This document shows positions 14,096 to 24,758 of a stretch of 64,000 bases of DNA, piece by piece. The notes under the pieces were generated by a model, which ran no database searches, was not told the DNA's origin, and was given only the letters and a program-made list of their open reading frames with translations. Position numbers and translations under genes: made by a program. The stretch comes from Bryobacterales bacterium (GTDB taxonomy: Bacteria > Acidobacteriota > Terriglobia > Bryobacterales > UBA6623), in NCBI GenBank assembly GCA_963422375.2, contig OY729428.2, forward strand, positions 448,001 to 512,000. The letters are read 5' to 3'. The number at the start of each line of letters is the position of its first letter. The stretch's first letter is position 1.

Positions 14096-14276
14096 CGTGC
14101 GCGACCGCAGGTTCGCTGGCGTCCACGAAGTGGCTGCAGCGATCACGGCGCACTTGGAGCAACGGAACAAGCGTCCAAGGCCCTGCCAGCGCTGAGAAGA
14201 CCTAGCCCCGCCGGCTCGGACCGGCAGGCTCCTGAGGCAGCCCCGACCTGATAGCGCTGCGCCAAGGCTCGGAACA

Positions 14277-17200
14277 CTAGAAGCGGTACTTCACCGCGTA
14301 CTGCCAAACCCTGGGACCGCCGCCACGACCGACGCCTCCGACCGCACTGAGCAGCCCGGCCGTCGGCGAGTTGAACGGCTTCATCTCCCGCTGGATGATG
14401 AAGTTCGTACGATTCGCGATGTTGAAGGTCTCGATCCGCAACTGCAAGCGATGCCCCTCCGCCAGCACGAAATTCTTCGTCAGACCGGTGTTGATCGACA
14501 CCAGCCCGGGCCCGTCGAGTATGTTCCTGCCCGAGTTGCCGAGGGCGAACGGCGAAAAGCCGCTCCCTTGCGTGCCACAATCGAACACGCCGGTCTCGAT
14601 TTCCTCGCACGACGGCACTCCGACGAAGGCGTCCAAGTCGTACCACGGGAAATCCACGCCCTTCTTGCCCAGCGATGTGTTCCGGTCCACCCTTCCGTTG
14701 GCGATCCGATTGGGTCGCTGGGATTCCCCTCGGTTCAGGTCGGGGTTCGCCGTGGTCACCGTCAGGGGCGAGCCGCTGTACGCGGACGCCGTTCCCGACA
14801 GTTGCCAGCCTCCTAGCACTGCCTCGGCAACCGAGCCCCAGTTCTTGCCCCAGTGCCTGCCCTTTCCGAACGGCAGCCGGTAGTTCCCGACCATCGTGAA
14901 GACGTGCCGCCGGTCCCAATCCGAGCGACCTCGATCCAGCCGCAGGTTCCGCGAATCAAGGGCTTGCGGGAATCCGCCCTCCGACTGGCCGTTGGCTTGA
15001 GAGGCATCGTCAATCGTCTTCGAGAACGAATAGTTCACCCTCCAGAACAGGCCTCCCCTGCTGCGCTTTCTCCAAGAAGCGTTGAAGGCGTTGTAGCTTG
15101 AATTGGCGCCGGTTCCAAAGATCTGAATTCCGTTCCACTCCGGGATCGGCCTCAGAAATCCCTCGCCCTCGATCAGCGAACTCGCCGTACGGTACGGCTG
15201 GTTGAAATCGTACCGGCGAATCAGGTACGTGCCTTTCGAGCCTCGATAATCCACCTCGATGGATGTATTTCCGAACAGCGCCCGCTCAATCGTGAAGTTC
15301 CAGGACTGCAAGTACCCCGTGCTCGGATTCAAATCGTATCCGCGCACGGTCGTCGTTCCCGCCAGCCTCTCGCGCGTGGTCGGAAAGGGGTTCTGCAGGG
15401 AAACCTCGTTGGGCCTCACGTTGACACCGGGAAAATTCTGCACCACGGCGAACGGAAACTGATTCGAAAGGTTGTTCCTAAGGTTATTCAAAATATCGCC
15501 GGCCAAGAAGATTCCGTATCCACCGCGAACGACAGTGCTATCGCTCACCCTGTAGGCGAAGCCCAGCCGAGGAGAGAAGTTGTTCCAGTCCGTGTTGATC
15601 ACCGACCTCGGACGCCCGGCCGCTTGAGCGGTTGTGATGACGTCGCCGAGACCCGTCTCCTCGAGCAAATGCGAATAGTTGCTTGGGACGTTTTCATCGC
15701 TGGCAAGGATCAGCTGTTTCGACATCGTGTCGTAAACACCCAACCGGTCGTACTTGTCGGTCGGAGCGCGGTTGACCTCCCACCGCATTCCGATGTTCAG
15801 CGTCAAGTTCCGCGTAGCCTTCCAGTCATCGTTGATGAACGCACCCATCGCAAGCTGCCGCCAATAGTTTCGGTTGAAACCCAGCTGGCGATTCACGTTG
15901 TGAACCCAGCCGAGCTGCAAGTCAGCTATGGGATTCATGGTCCGTCGGCCGCGGAAGAAATACGTCCCGCGCTGGTTGTTGAAAAACGGCTGGTTGAACT
16001 GCACTCGATTGCTGTTGAATCCGAACTTGATCGAATGATCACGAGCGATCCACGTGAACTTGGCTCCCCATTGCCAGTCAGTGACATGGTACTGAACGGG
16101 CTGGTTGGCACCGGTCCCAATCTGAGCGAAGTTGGCGACCACGAAACGCGGCCAATCGAGTAGCTCGGGAAGATTTGCCGATTCCGATTCCGGAATTAGA
16201 TTCGGAAGTCCTAGCTTGCTCGCAATGTTCTCCCCGGGGAAGTAGCCCGTATTGTAAGCCGAATTTCGACTGAATCCTCCGCGAAGTTCCATCAGGAAAG
16301 TCGGCGAGAACATGTGAGTGTAATCAAGACCTCCGAGTGACCGGTTATCACTGTTCTGGGCTCCGTAGTCCCCTAGATCGCTGCCTCCAGCGAAACGATT
16401 CTGAACATCGTTGTAGCGAATCTGGTAGCGAAATGCGAGCGAATTCTCTCCAATCTTCTGATCTAACTTGACGATGTAGCTATTCCACTTATCCTGGTCA
16501 GGTGGACTGGTTCGGTAGTTGAAGCCCGTCGCTCCCGTGTCGATGTTCTGGTCGGGATAGAAACCCTGAATCGCGAGTCCGATCGGATCCATGCGTGCGA
16601 CAGGAATCGTGTTGTTCTCAAAGCAAGATCGCTTGTTCCGAGCGTTGCAAGGCCCTGTTGCAAGCCTGTCCCTCAGAAACAGGGGGCGGTTAGCCCAATT
16701 CAAGGAGTTAGAAAAGTCTCCTGTTCTCTCCTGCGCAGTCGGCACTCGCGTGATGCGCGTAAAGTCTTGGATCTGCCGGAGGCCTTCGTAACTGAGCAAG
16801 AAAAAGCTCTTGTTCTTGCGAATTGGTCCGGCCGCCGTGGCAGCGAACTGGTTGCGGCGCAGTTTGTTCTTGTCCGACTCGAAGAAGCCTCGCGCGTCGA
16901 GAATGTCGTTTCGCAAGAAGTAGTTCACATTGCCATGCAGCGCATTGGTTCCTGACCGGAGCGACATGTTGAGGATCCCGCCCGCCATGCGCCCGTACTC
17001 GGCCGAGTAGCCGGAAACCTCCATTTTAAACTCCTGCAACGCGTCAATGTTCGGTCGCACCTGTGCCGCCGCGCCGCGCGCATTTCTGTTATCGAAGCCG
17101 TCGACGTAGAAGTTCGTGTTGGACGCTCTGGCACCGTTGATGTTGGCGAAAGAGCCCTGCCCACCCTCGGCCTTCGGAACCACGCCCGGAATGAAGAACG

Positions 17201-17666
17201 CCAAGTCGGTGAAGTCCCGGCCGGCTAGCGGCAACTCCTGGATCTCTTCCATGACGATGACGTCACCCTTGATCGTGCCATTCTCGGTGTTCAAGGTGAC
17301 GAGCTGGGCGTCCACGGTAATGGATTCGGTCAGCTGGCCGAGCTGCAGCTCGACATCGACTCGTCGGTTGTCGCCGGTGCTCAGCACGATGCCTTGCGTG
17401 ACATTCTGCTGAAAGCCATCGGACGTCACGATCAGCTGGTAGTCTCCGGGAAGCAAGGCCGTGAAGGTGTAGCTGCCGACCGCGTTAGACGACTGCTCGC
17501 GAGAGATGCCCGTCCCCGTGTTGATCACCGTGACTGTGGCACCCGGGATGACTCCGCCACCGGTGTCGGCCACGATGCCGGTCAAGGTGGCCAAGTTCGC
17601 TTGGCCGAAGCAATTCGGGACCATCATCGCCAACGCGAAGACGATGGCCAAAGCCGTTCGAATCAT
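14277..17666 (-). CDS. TonB-dependent receptor, Oar-like, with carboxypeptidase-regulatory N-domain
   Basis: Signal peptide, GIVADTGGGVIPGATV, LPLAGRDF, YSAEYGR, NNFSPRLGFAY, terminal RF. AT-richer than its neighbours. Confidence 0.92.
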   Translation of the reverse strand: MIRTALAIVFALAMMVPNCFGQANLATLTGIVADTGGGVIPGATVTVINTGTGISREQSSNAVGSYTFTALLPGDYQLIVTSDGFQQNVTQGIVLSTGDNRRVDVELQLGQLTESITVDAQLVTLNTENGTIKGDVIVMEEIQELPLAGRDFTDLAFFIPGVVPKAEGGQGSFANINGARASNTNFYVDGFDNRNARGAAAQVRPNIDALQEFKMEVSGYSAEYGRMAGGILNMSLRSGTNALHGNVNYFLRNDILDARGFFESDKNKLRRNQFAATAAGPIRKNKSFFLLSYEGLRQIQDFTRITRVPTAQERTGDFSNSLNWANRPLFLRDRLATGPCNARNKRSCFENNTIPVARMDPIGLAIQGFYPDQNIDTGATGFNYRTSPPDQDKWNSYIVKLDQKIGENSLAFRYQIRYNDVQNRFAGGSDLGDYGAQNSDNRSLGGLDYTHMFSPTFLMELRGGFSRNSAYNTGYFPGENIASKLGLPNLIPESESANLPELLDWPRFVVANFAQIGTGANQPVQYHVTDWQWGAKFTWIARDHSIKFGFNSNRVQFNQPFFNNQRGTYFFRGRRTMNPIADLQLGWVHNVNRQLGFNRNYWRQLAMGAFINDDWKATRNLTLNIGMRWEVNRAPTDKYDRLGVYDTMSKQLILASDENVPSNYSHLLEETGLGDVITTAQAAGRPRSVINTDWNNFSPRLGFAYRVSDSTVVRGGYGIFLAGDILNNLRNNLSNQFPFAVVQNFPGVNVRPNEVSLQNPFPTTRERLAGTTTVRGYDLNPSTGYLQSWNFTIERALFGNTSIEVDYRGSKGTYLIRRYDFNQPYRTASSLIEGEGFLRPIPEWNGIQIFGTGANSSYNAFNASWRKRSRGGLFWRVNYSFSKTIDDASQANGQSEGGFPQALDSRNLRLDRGRSDWDRRHVFTMVGNYRLPFGKGRHWGKNWGSVAEAVLGGWQLSGTASAYSGSPLTVTTANPDLNRGESQRPNRIANGRVDRNTSLGKKGVDFPWYDLDAFVGVPSCEEIETGVFDCGTQGSGFSPFALGNSGRNILDGPGLVSINTGLTKNFVLAEGHRLQLRIETFNIANRTNFIIQREMKPFNSPTAGLLSAVGGVGRGGGPRVWQYAVKYRF

Positions 17667-18110
17667 TGAATGCCTCCCACGCACGGTCACCCGGCGGCCA
17701 CGGGTCCACCCCTAGGCCCTTGGGGGACGCTCCCCGAATTGGCTTGCATGCATCCTCAACCTGCAAGGCAAGCAACCAAGCTTCGTGCAGGCGCAGCATA
17801 GCACAAGGAACAAGGAGGGTGAAGGCGACCGACGATCTTTGGCGGGCCGTGAGCTCGTCCCGACACGACCAGCGCCCGCGGCAGGGCCCTGTGGACCAGA
17901 AAGGCCCGGCGCAGCGGCGCAAAGGGCCGGGATCGGACGGCAGTCGCGAAGCTATGCCGAGCGGAACCGAACCGACCCGGCAACGCGTGAAGAGACGAGC
18001 GAGGGAACGGCCGACCGCCGTTCCCCACCGCGTCTCGGCCAACACGCTGCGGGAGGCACGCCACGGGCTGACGAGACCGGACGAGGCCCCAAGCGTGGGC
18101 GGAATGACGC

Positions 18111-18405
18111 GGCAACGACCATGCGGGCGCCCCGGCGGCTCCACGTCGCGCGACGAAAATAAGCTCCGAAGCACCGGGAGACGGAGCCTGCGCGACACTG
18201 CGGGTGGCGGTATCCCGCGGATCGAGCGCGGCTCTAGGGCCCTAATCTGTTGCTGTCGGCCGCACGCGTCGGCCAGTCCGGGACTCGCCCACATTATCCG
18301 TTTCGTCCGCCAAGCAGCAGCCGTTCGGTGCGCTGGCTTGGGCCGGGGAGGATATACCCGGATCTCTGGCATTCGAAGTAGACGGTACTTTCCGAGGAAG
18401 AGTAC
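18111..18405 (+). repeat. Dispersed ~300-bp non-coding repeat X, copy 1
   Basis: Inverted homologue at ~30128-30422 with an identical 51-bp core (18213-18263 vs 30271-30321). Confidence 0.85.
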
Positions 18406-18553
18406 GGAGCGGGGCTGGAAGGGTCACCTGGAACTGCACATGTCCCCCGCCTCGGCCGCCAAGCCCGCTCCTACGCTCCGGCCGAGGCGACCGCGCAACG
18501 GGGCGGAGCGGCCGCTCGATCCACGCTCCGATGCGACAGATCAATCCGCCGCT

Positions 18554-19418
18554 TCAGCCCCAGCCGCAGCCGGTCCCGTCCGAAGACCGCGTGTAGATGC
18601 CCTCCGGGCCTCGGGTGAGGTTGTTGTCCCGCTCATGCCTCCGGCAGACGCCCTCCGGCCCGCTGGGAGCCGGCATGAACATCTCCGCCCACGGGGAATT
18701 CGGCGTGGCGTAGATGAACTGGACAGCGTCTCGCTGCCCGCCACCGTGCGGGATCGCCGGGATGTCGTGGGCAGCCGCCATGGGCGCGATCTTGACGAGC
18801 TCGCTCATGCCGCCGCACCAGTGGATATCCGGCTGCCCGATCTCCGTTCCGTTAACTTGCAGCAGGTATCGGAGGCCGTAGCGCGTGTAGACACGGTCAC
18901 CCGTCACGATCCGGGTGGGCGTGACGGGCACCCGAGGCGGCCGAAGCTCTCGTAGTAGCCCGGAGGCAGAGCCCCCTCGATCCAGTACACGTTGTAGGGC
19001 TCGAACGCTTCCGCCAAGGCCATCCAGCGACCCACCATCACGTCGCCTTCCTCGCCGACCGCCGCCCTAGCGCGCGGGACCAGCTCGACGTTCTTGCGCA
19101 TACCCAGCCTGCCGTCGGCCGGCTGGGCCGGAAGGCGCGATTGAGCTGCTTGTAGCCGAACTCGACGTGCTGCTCGATGTCGCTGCCCGTGCAGTAGCAG
19201 GGGCTGCATGGATGGATTCTGCCGCCGAGCGGCCGCCAGACCTTGCCCGCGATGTCATACAGGGCGATGTCGAGACCGGAGATCGCGTCGATCGCTCTGC
19301 CCTTGCGCCCGCAGGACATGGGCGCGCGCCACATGGCGTACCACAGCGACTCGATATCGAGGGGGGCTCTCGTGGAGATCTCCGCCCAGAAGCTGCCGGC
19401 CCTCGGGCACGGGGCGCT
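18554..19418 (-). pseudogene. Decayed copy of the enolase-superfamily dehydratase at 61085-62326
   Basis: QPDIHWCGGMSELVKIA, CYCTGSDIEQHVEFGYK and GSFWAEIST segments split by frameshifts and deletions; 5' end missing. Confidence 0.9.
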
Positions 19419-19432
19419 TGGGGCGCACCCGG

Positions 19433-19748
19433 ACGCCTCCGGCATGGCGCAGCTGACCGATTTCGGCTGCGCCAGCTTCGCCCCGCAGTTCACGCCGGAC
19501 GGCTCGCACATCATCTTCGCGTCCAACGGGAAGAACTGCGACAGCCGCGAGTTCGACCTGTTCCGGATGCGGGCCGACGGATCGGACCTGCGCCAAGTCA
19601 CCGACTTCGGGGGCTTTGCGTCGTTCGCCGAGTTCTCCCCGGACGGTTCGCGCGTCGCGCTAGGCTCCCTTCCGAACGCGACGCGCGATCACGCTACGAG
19701 TTCAAGGTCTACGTAGCGGACTGGAACGGGCTCGGACGCCCGCGCTGA
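19433..19748 (+). pseudogene. 3' fragment of the TolB-like gene (start of repeat copy B)
   Basis: SGMAQLTDFGCASFAPQFTPDG is nearly identical to 12060-13124; frameshift near 19665. Confidence 0.88.
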
Positions 19749-19764
19749 ACTCCGGCGCCCGGTA

Positions 19765-22452
19765 TCAGGGCCGGACCTCGCTCTCGAGCGAGGCTATGCC
19801 GTCCGCCAGCTGCCGGGCCTGCCTGCGCAGGAGCGCCAGCCTCTCGGCGATCGACGGAGCCCCTGGCTCGGCTTCGCGCGCCGTAGCCTCCCCGCCGGCC
19901 GGGGCCGGATCGTCCGCTTGCATGCCGCTTAGCTCCGCGAGCGCGAGCTCGAACGTGTCCTCGTAGACCAGATCCTCGCCCATCGCGAGAACGACCTTCC
20001 TGAGCTGCGGCATGCGCGCCGACTCCGCTTGGATGTAGATCGACTCCACGTACAGGAAGTTCTTGCCGACGGGCATGGCGATCATCTCGCCGCGCAGCAC
20101 GCGGGACCCCTGCTGGTTCCAAAGCGTGAGGTCGCGGGCGATCTGCTGCTCCTGGTTGATCTGCGCCTCGATCTGGTTGGGCCCGTACACCAGCTCTTGC
20201 TTGGAGAGCCGGTAGAAGACCAGGTCGCCCAGCTGGTCGCCGTCGCAGCGCGCCGCCATCCAGCCGTTCAGGTTGTCCTTGTTGGCCGGCGTGAACGGCA
20301 GCATGAGCAGGAACTCGGGCTCGGTCTCGCCCGGCAGGGTGGCCACGATGTACGTGGGCTGCATCCGCTCGGCGAGATTGGTGTCGCCGGCGAGGCTCTT
20401 GCCGACGTCCCAGATATCCTCCTTGTTATAGAAGACGGTCGGGTCCCGCATGTGGAACGTGCGGTAGATCTCGGCTTGGATGTTGAAAATCAGCTCCGGG
20501 TAGCGTGCGTGCGCGCGAACCGACGCTGGCATCGCCTCCATCGGCTGGAACAGCCCGGGGAACAGGTTCGCGTAGGCCCGGATGATCGGGTCGCTGTCGT
20601 CGAAGAGGTACAGCTTGGTAGTGCCGTGATAGGCATCGACCGTGGCTTTGACGGCATTGCGGATGTAGTTGACCTCGGCGTTGAACTGGCCCACGCGGAT
20701 CGACTGCGAGTAGGGATGCGCGTTCGATGTCGTGTAGCCGTCCAGGATCCAGACCAAGCGCCCCTCGTCCGTGATGACCAGGTAGGGATCGGGATCCCAC
20801 TCGACGAAGCCCGCCAGGTGCTCCAGGCGCTCGCTGACGTTGCGGTAGATCATCATGCGGCTGGACTCGTTGGTCAGTCCGGTGAACAGGATGTTGTACT
20901 CGCTCTCGCGCACCGCGGCGACCAGGCGGGTCGCCAGGGAGTGAATCGGGAAGCCGCCCTGCCCGGAGTAGTTCGACGTGACATTCTGGTCTTCCTTGGG
21001 GTAGTCGAACTCCTCCTGGTCGGTGCCGACGAACACGGGATCGTGCGTCAGCTCGCCGTAGTAGATTTCCGGCTGCTCGATGTGGATGTCGGGGATCCTG
21101 ATCTCGGGGGGCGCGTCCTGGATCAGCAGTTGCGGCAGGCCGTCCGGCGTGGTGCGATTGACCTCGGAAGCGACCACTCCGTAGCCGTGCGTGTAGACCC
21201 AGTGCCGATTGATCCAGGTGCGCGCCTCGCTGGACAGGGCGTCGACGTCGATTTCCCGCGGCGAGAGCAGCAGCTGCTTGACCCGGCCGTCGATCTGGTA
21301 TCGGTCGATGTCCATGTCGGCGAAGCGGTAGTACAGGCGCAGGGCCTGGATCTGAGTGATCGTGTCCGTGTAGGCCTGCTCGTCCCAGAGACGGATGTTG
21401 TCGACCAGCGTCGCGTTGGCCTCGACGTCCAAGGACGGCGTCTCGCTGAGCGAGAGGATCTCCTCCCGGCCCGTGTTGATTGCGTATGCCTGGCGGGTGG
21501 CTTGAATGTGCCTCTCGATGTACTCGCGCTCGAGCGTGAGCTCGTTCGGGCTGACGTACAGCGTCTGCACCGCCAGGGGCAGGGCCGCGTGCAGGGCGAT
21601 GGCCGCGCCGACCATGTACGCCATGGGCTTGTAGCGGGAGGTGATTACGAGCGGAATCGCCAGCAGCAAGACGACCACCACCAGCCAGCGCAGGGGCAGC
21701 CGCCAGACCTCGTCCAGATAGTCCATGCCGACCATGAACGAGTGGTCGGTCAGCAGCAGCCCGTACTGGCCCAGGTAGAACCACGCGGCTGCCCCGGCCA
21801 GGACGATGCAGGCGAGGATCTTGGCGAAGCTCGTCTTGGTCGCGCCGGGCAGGAGCAGGGGCTGCGGCCCTAGGTCGAACTCCTCGACGTTGCCGCCCTC
21901 CGCCCGGAACCGGCCGAATTGCTGGAAGACCTGCCAGCCGCGGCCGGAGATCCAGAACACGGCGGCACCCACGAACGAGAGCGCGAACAGGTACCGCACC
22001 AGCAGCTTGAGCAATGGCAGGTCGAACAAGTAGAAGGCCAGGTTCTTCCCGAAGATCGGATCGACCCAGTGCCCGGCCCCGGCGGCCATGCCCCGGGACC
22101 CGACGAAGGCCATCACCACCCATGAATCCACCTGCGACGCGATGAACACCGCCGAAGCGACCAGCAGCGCCAACGGCACGATCTTCCTGTACAAGGAGTG
22201 GCCCGCGGTGTCAGCGCCTGCGAATACGGTGCCCCGCCGGTGGGCCCACAGCAGCGCCGCCCACGCGACGAGCGCGGCCAGCACGGTCGGGACGATCTTG
22301 TAGACCAGAATGCTGAACCAAGTAGGAATCTGGTCAACCTCGGACCACCACAGGTACTCGACAGCGAAGTCGGCAATGCCCGAGGCGCTGCCGAGAACGA
22401 GAAAGAGGGCAAGCGCGACGAGAAGGAAGCGCAGCTGGCGAGAAGACATCAT
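19765..22452 (-). CDS. UPF0182-family membrane protein
   Basis: YLWWSEV, DPIFGKNLAFYLFDLP, NIRLWD, YTHGYG, NYIRNAVKATVDAYHG; AGGAGG RBS. Confidence 0.93.
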   Translation of the reverse strand: MMSSRQLRFLLVALALFLVLGSASGIADFAVEYLWWSEVDQIPTWFSILVYKIVPTVLAALVAWAALLWAHRRGTVFAGADTAGHSLYRKIVPLALLVASAVFIASQVDSWVVMAFVGSRGMAAGAGHWVDPIFGKNLAFYLFDLPLLKLLVRYLFALSFVGAAVFWISGRGWQVFQQFGRFRAEGGNVEEFDLGPQPLLLPGATKTSFAKILACIVLAGAAAWFYLGQYGLLLTDHSFMVGMDYLDEVWRLPLRWLVVVVLLLAIPLVITSRYKPMAYMVGAAIALHAALPLAVQTLYVSPNELTLEREYIERHIQATRQAYAINTGREEILSLSETPSLDVEANATLVDNIRLWDEQAYTDTITQIQALRLYYRFADMDIDRYQIDGRVKQLLLSPREIDVDALSSEARTWINRHWVYTHGYGVVASEVNRTTPDGLPQLLIQDAPPEIRIPDIHIEQPEIYYGELTHDPVFVGTDQEEFDYPKEDQNVTSNYSGQGGFPIHSLATRLVAAVRESEYNILFTGLTNESSRMMIYRNVSERLEHLAGFVEWDPDPYLVITDEGRLVWILDGYTTSNAHPYSQSIRVGQFNAEVNYIRNAVKATVDAYHGTTKLYLFDDSDPIIRAYANLFPGLFQPMEAMPASVRAHARYPELIFNIQAEIYRTFHMRDPTVFYNKEDIWDVGKSLAGDTNLAERMQPTYIVATLPGETEPEFLLMLPFTPANKDNLNGWMAARCDGDQLGDLVFYRLSKQELVYGPNQIEAQINQEQQIARDLTLWNQQGSRVLRGEMIAMPVGKNFLYVESIYIQAESARMPQLRKVVLAMGEDLVYEDTFELALAELSGMQADDPAPAGGEATAREAEPGAPSIAERLALLRRQARQLADGIASLESEVRP

Positions 22453-23410
22453 CCTCCTAGGATACTGTTCCTATGGCCTGCGGCACCGGCCGGGCGCCCT
22501 CCCTGTCAGCGTCGGGCTAGCACGGCGCTGCTAGCCACATTCGTCGGGCCGTAGCAGCGCAGCGTGCGCCACCCGCCGCCGAACAGTGTGCGCTGGCGTC
22601 GTGCGAGGGCGCTGCGGGCCCGTCCCGGGCGGCTTGGCGCTGTCGAGGCCGGCCAGTTCGCCGGCGGCGCTGGTGCCGGCCAGCCAGAGCTGCGCGGCAC
22701 GCTCGGAGGACGGGTGCAGCCTGCGCGTGGCGACCGAGGTCGCGGCGAGGCAGGCCTCGACCTCGGGATGCCTGAGACGGCGGACGAACCAACCGGCCGC
22801 TCGCAAGGAAACCGAGGGAGGCCGGACGGTCGATCTTGGAGGCGAACTGGCACCGGAGGCAACGGCCGCATGCGGCCAGCAGGTAGAGCGCCGCCAACCC
22901 GGACCGACCGGTGCCGTTAGCGAATCGTTGGAGCGTAGCCCTGACGCGGGGGGAGCGAAGTGCGTGCGCCCGCCCTGAGCGCCGTTCTTGACCATGGCAG
23001 CAACTGCGGACCCATCGCTCGGATCCAGTCGAAGCTGGACGAGCTGCGACGCTCCGGCTCGCGCGCTGGAGACCGCCTCGCCGCACGACGGATGCAGCCG
23101 GGATCTGTCGGCCGTACGGATCGCTGGGGGGCTGCCGCGCCCGAGGCCGATCTCGCGATTCCGGGTTGAGCGGCGACCGCTCATGAGACTAGGGAGCGAT
23201 CATTCGGCCAGGTCTCGCGACACTTGCTGAATGAGGGGACCCGGACAAGCCGCGCACTTCTATACAGTCCAAGGCTCTCATCTTTGCGAGTTCGCCCCGA
23301 CCAACGCTGATGTCCGGCCGTCTCCCAGATACTCCCGTGGGGAGCAGTCACATTCGCATCACTGGGAAGCGCTATTGATCGGACAAAACATTCCTGAATC
23401 TCCATTCCAT

Positions 23411-24259
23411 TCAGAACCCAATGACTTCTCTCTGGAGCGACTTGCAGTTCAGGTATACGGACTTTCCTAGGAACTTTCCATTGGAGTCAAATGAATGTAC
23501 TTCCCTTCGATTGCACGTAGGATTATCAACAGGAATAGACTTGTCAATAAACCTTCCAGTCGACAAATAGTGCTCTCCAGAATGACATGAACCAACGTTT
23601 CTATCGCGGCTAATCTGTCCACAATCCACTTGTTCACCGATTCTCGACTCGCCAATCATCTCCCCATTCATTCCAAAATATCTCTCGATGCTATCTCCAA
23701 ATCTAGCCCGTACGAACATCCTTCCATCAATATCGAAGAAACCTGAGATTGATTTGTAGTCTCCTTGATGCTCTCTCCAGTCCCACTAAAACAGTCTATC
23801 GCTTTCGTCATAGTGCAGTACGCAACTAGTCTTGCCCTTGGTACCGGGGTCACTCGTGCGAACATATGTGCCACGAGGAATCCATCCCTTCGGTGGACGC
23901 ACTGTGGGTTGGTCCGACGCGGTCCGCATCTTCGCTTCGACAAATGCCTTGTTTTTCTGGATCGGGTCTTGCTCGAATTCCGGATGGTCCGACGGCCTTT
24001 CTCGGTCTATTACGAGCGCATCGACTGCCTTATCCAGACTATTGGTTGACAGCGGCACTGGACGAGAGATTGGACGCCGCTTGGCAGCAACATTCGACAT
24101 CTCCTCCTGCAAGGGCACCGAGGGGTGAACCGCATCGTCCCTCGCGGCGACCAGGATCAAAAGGGCCACTGCGAGCGCCCCAGCGACGGCGACAAGATGA
24201 GGTCCGCTGATGCCTTGGCGGTGCCTCCCTCGGCGCCGGGATCTCGTCGCGCATCTCAC
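23411..24259 (-). pseudogene. Low-GC membrane-anchored hypothetical protein with one in-frame stop
   Basis: ORFs 23786-24259 (TM helix LVAVAGALAVALLILVAA) and 23411-23719 are in the same frame, separated by a TAG at 23786-23788. Confidence 0.45.
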
Positions 24260-24758
24260 AACGATCCTTGTGGTTTCGCCCGCGAATCAAGTACGGCGGC
24301 ATTCGAGGGATTCGGCGCAGCCATCCCCACTGGGTCAGGCATCGGGTTCCGCTCTAGCGCACGAGTCCCGCGGAGGCATGCGGCTCGATAGTAGCACGGG
24401 ATCAGGTGACACCTTGCTCGCTGGGTCCGGCATCAGCTGAGCCACGCCCAAGAGCCGCCCGTGTCTTCCCCGAGCGATCCGGAGGATCGGCCTCGCCCGG
24501 GAGCCCGAGACAAGCACTGCCCGGGGGCGAGCCAAGGCGCGGTGCGGCCGGACTGGACGGGCCCGCCATGCTCTGCGGTTGCTCGACGGCAGCCCGGAGT
24601 CGCCGACCCAGGCCAAGGCGGCCGGAATCAACATTCAGGCGCAACCTGCTAGGACGCTCCCTCCACATGACAACCAACAAGGATGCTCGATCTCCAAGTC
24701 CGTCCCGAAGCGTCTAGGTCTCGCCGTCCTGCCGCCCGGCAGGCTGCTTCCGAGGCGG

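Noticed and set aside
17666..18955. 429-aa Arg/Pro-rich ORF
   Set aside because: Spans the receptor's upstream region, repeat X and the antisense of a pseudogene; composition is typical of non-coding GC-rich DNA.
12816..20731. Diversity-generating retroelement or retron (repeat pairs with substitutions)
   Set aside because: No reverse transcriptase in the window; repeats are kb-scale with indels, not adenine-specific ~100-bp template/variable pairs.
20029..21873. Long antisense or alternate-frame ORFs (also 27128-29017, 54589-56205, 58019-60664, 891-1934)
   Set aside because: Shadow ORFs expected from high GC3 opposite well-supported genes; no recognisable motifs.
22453..23180. Several overlapping 100-220 aa ORFs upstream of UPF0182
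   Set aside because: No motif, codon pattern or RBS support for any frame.
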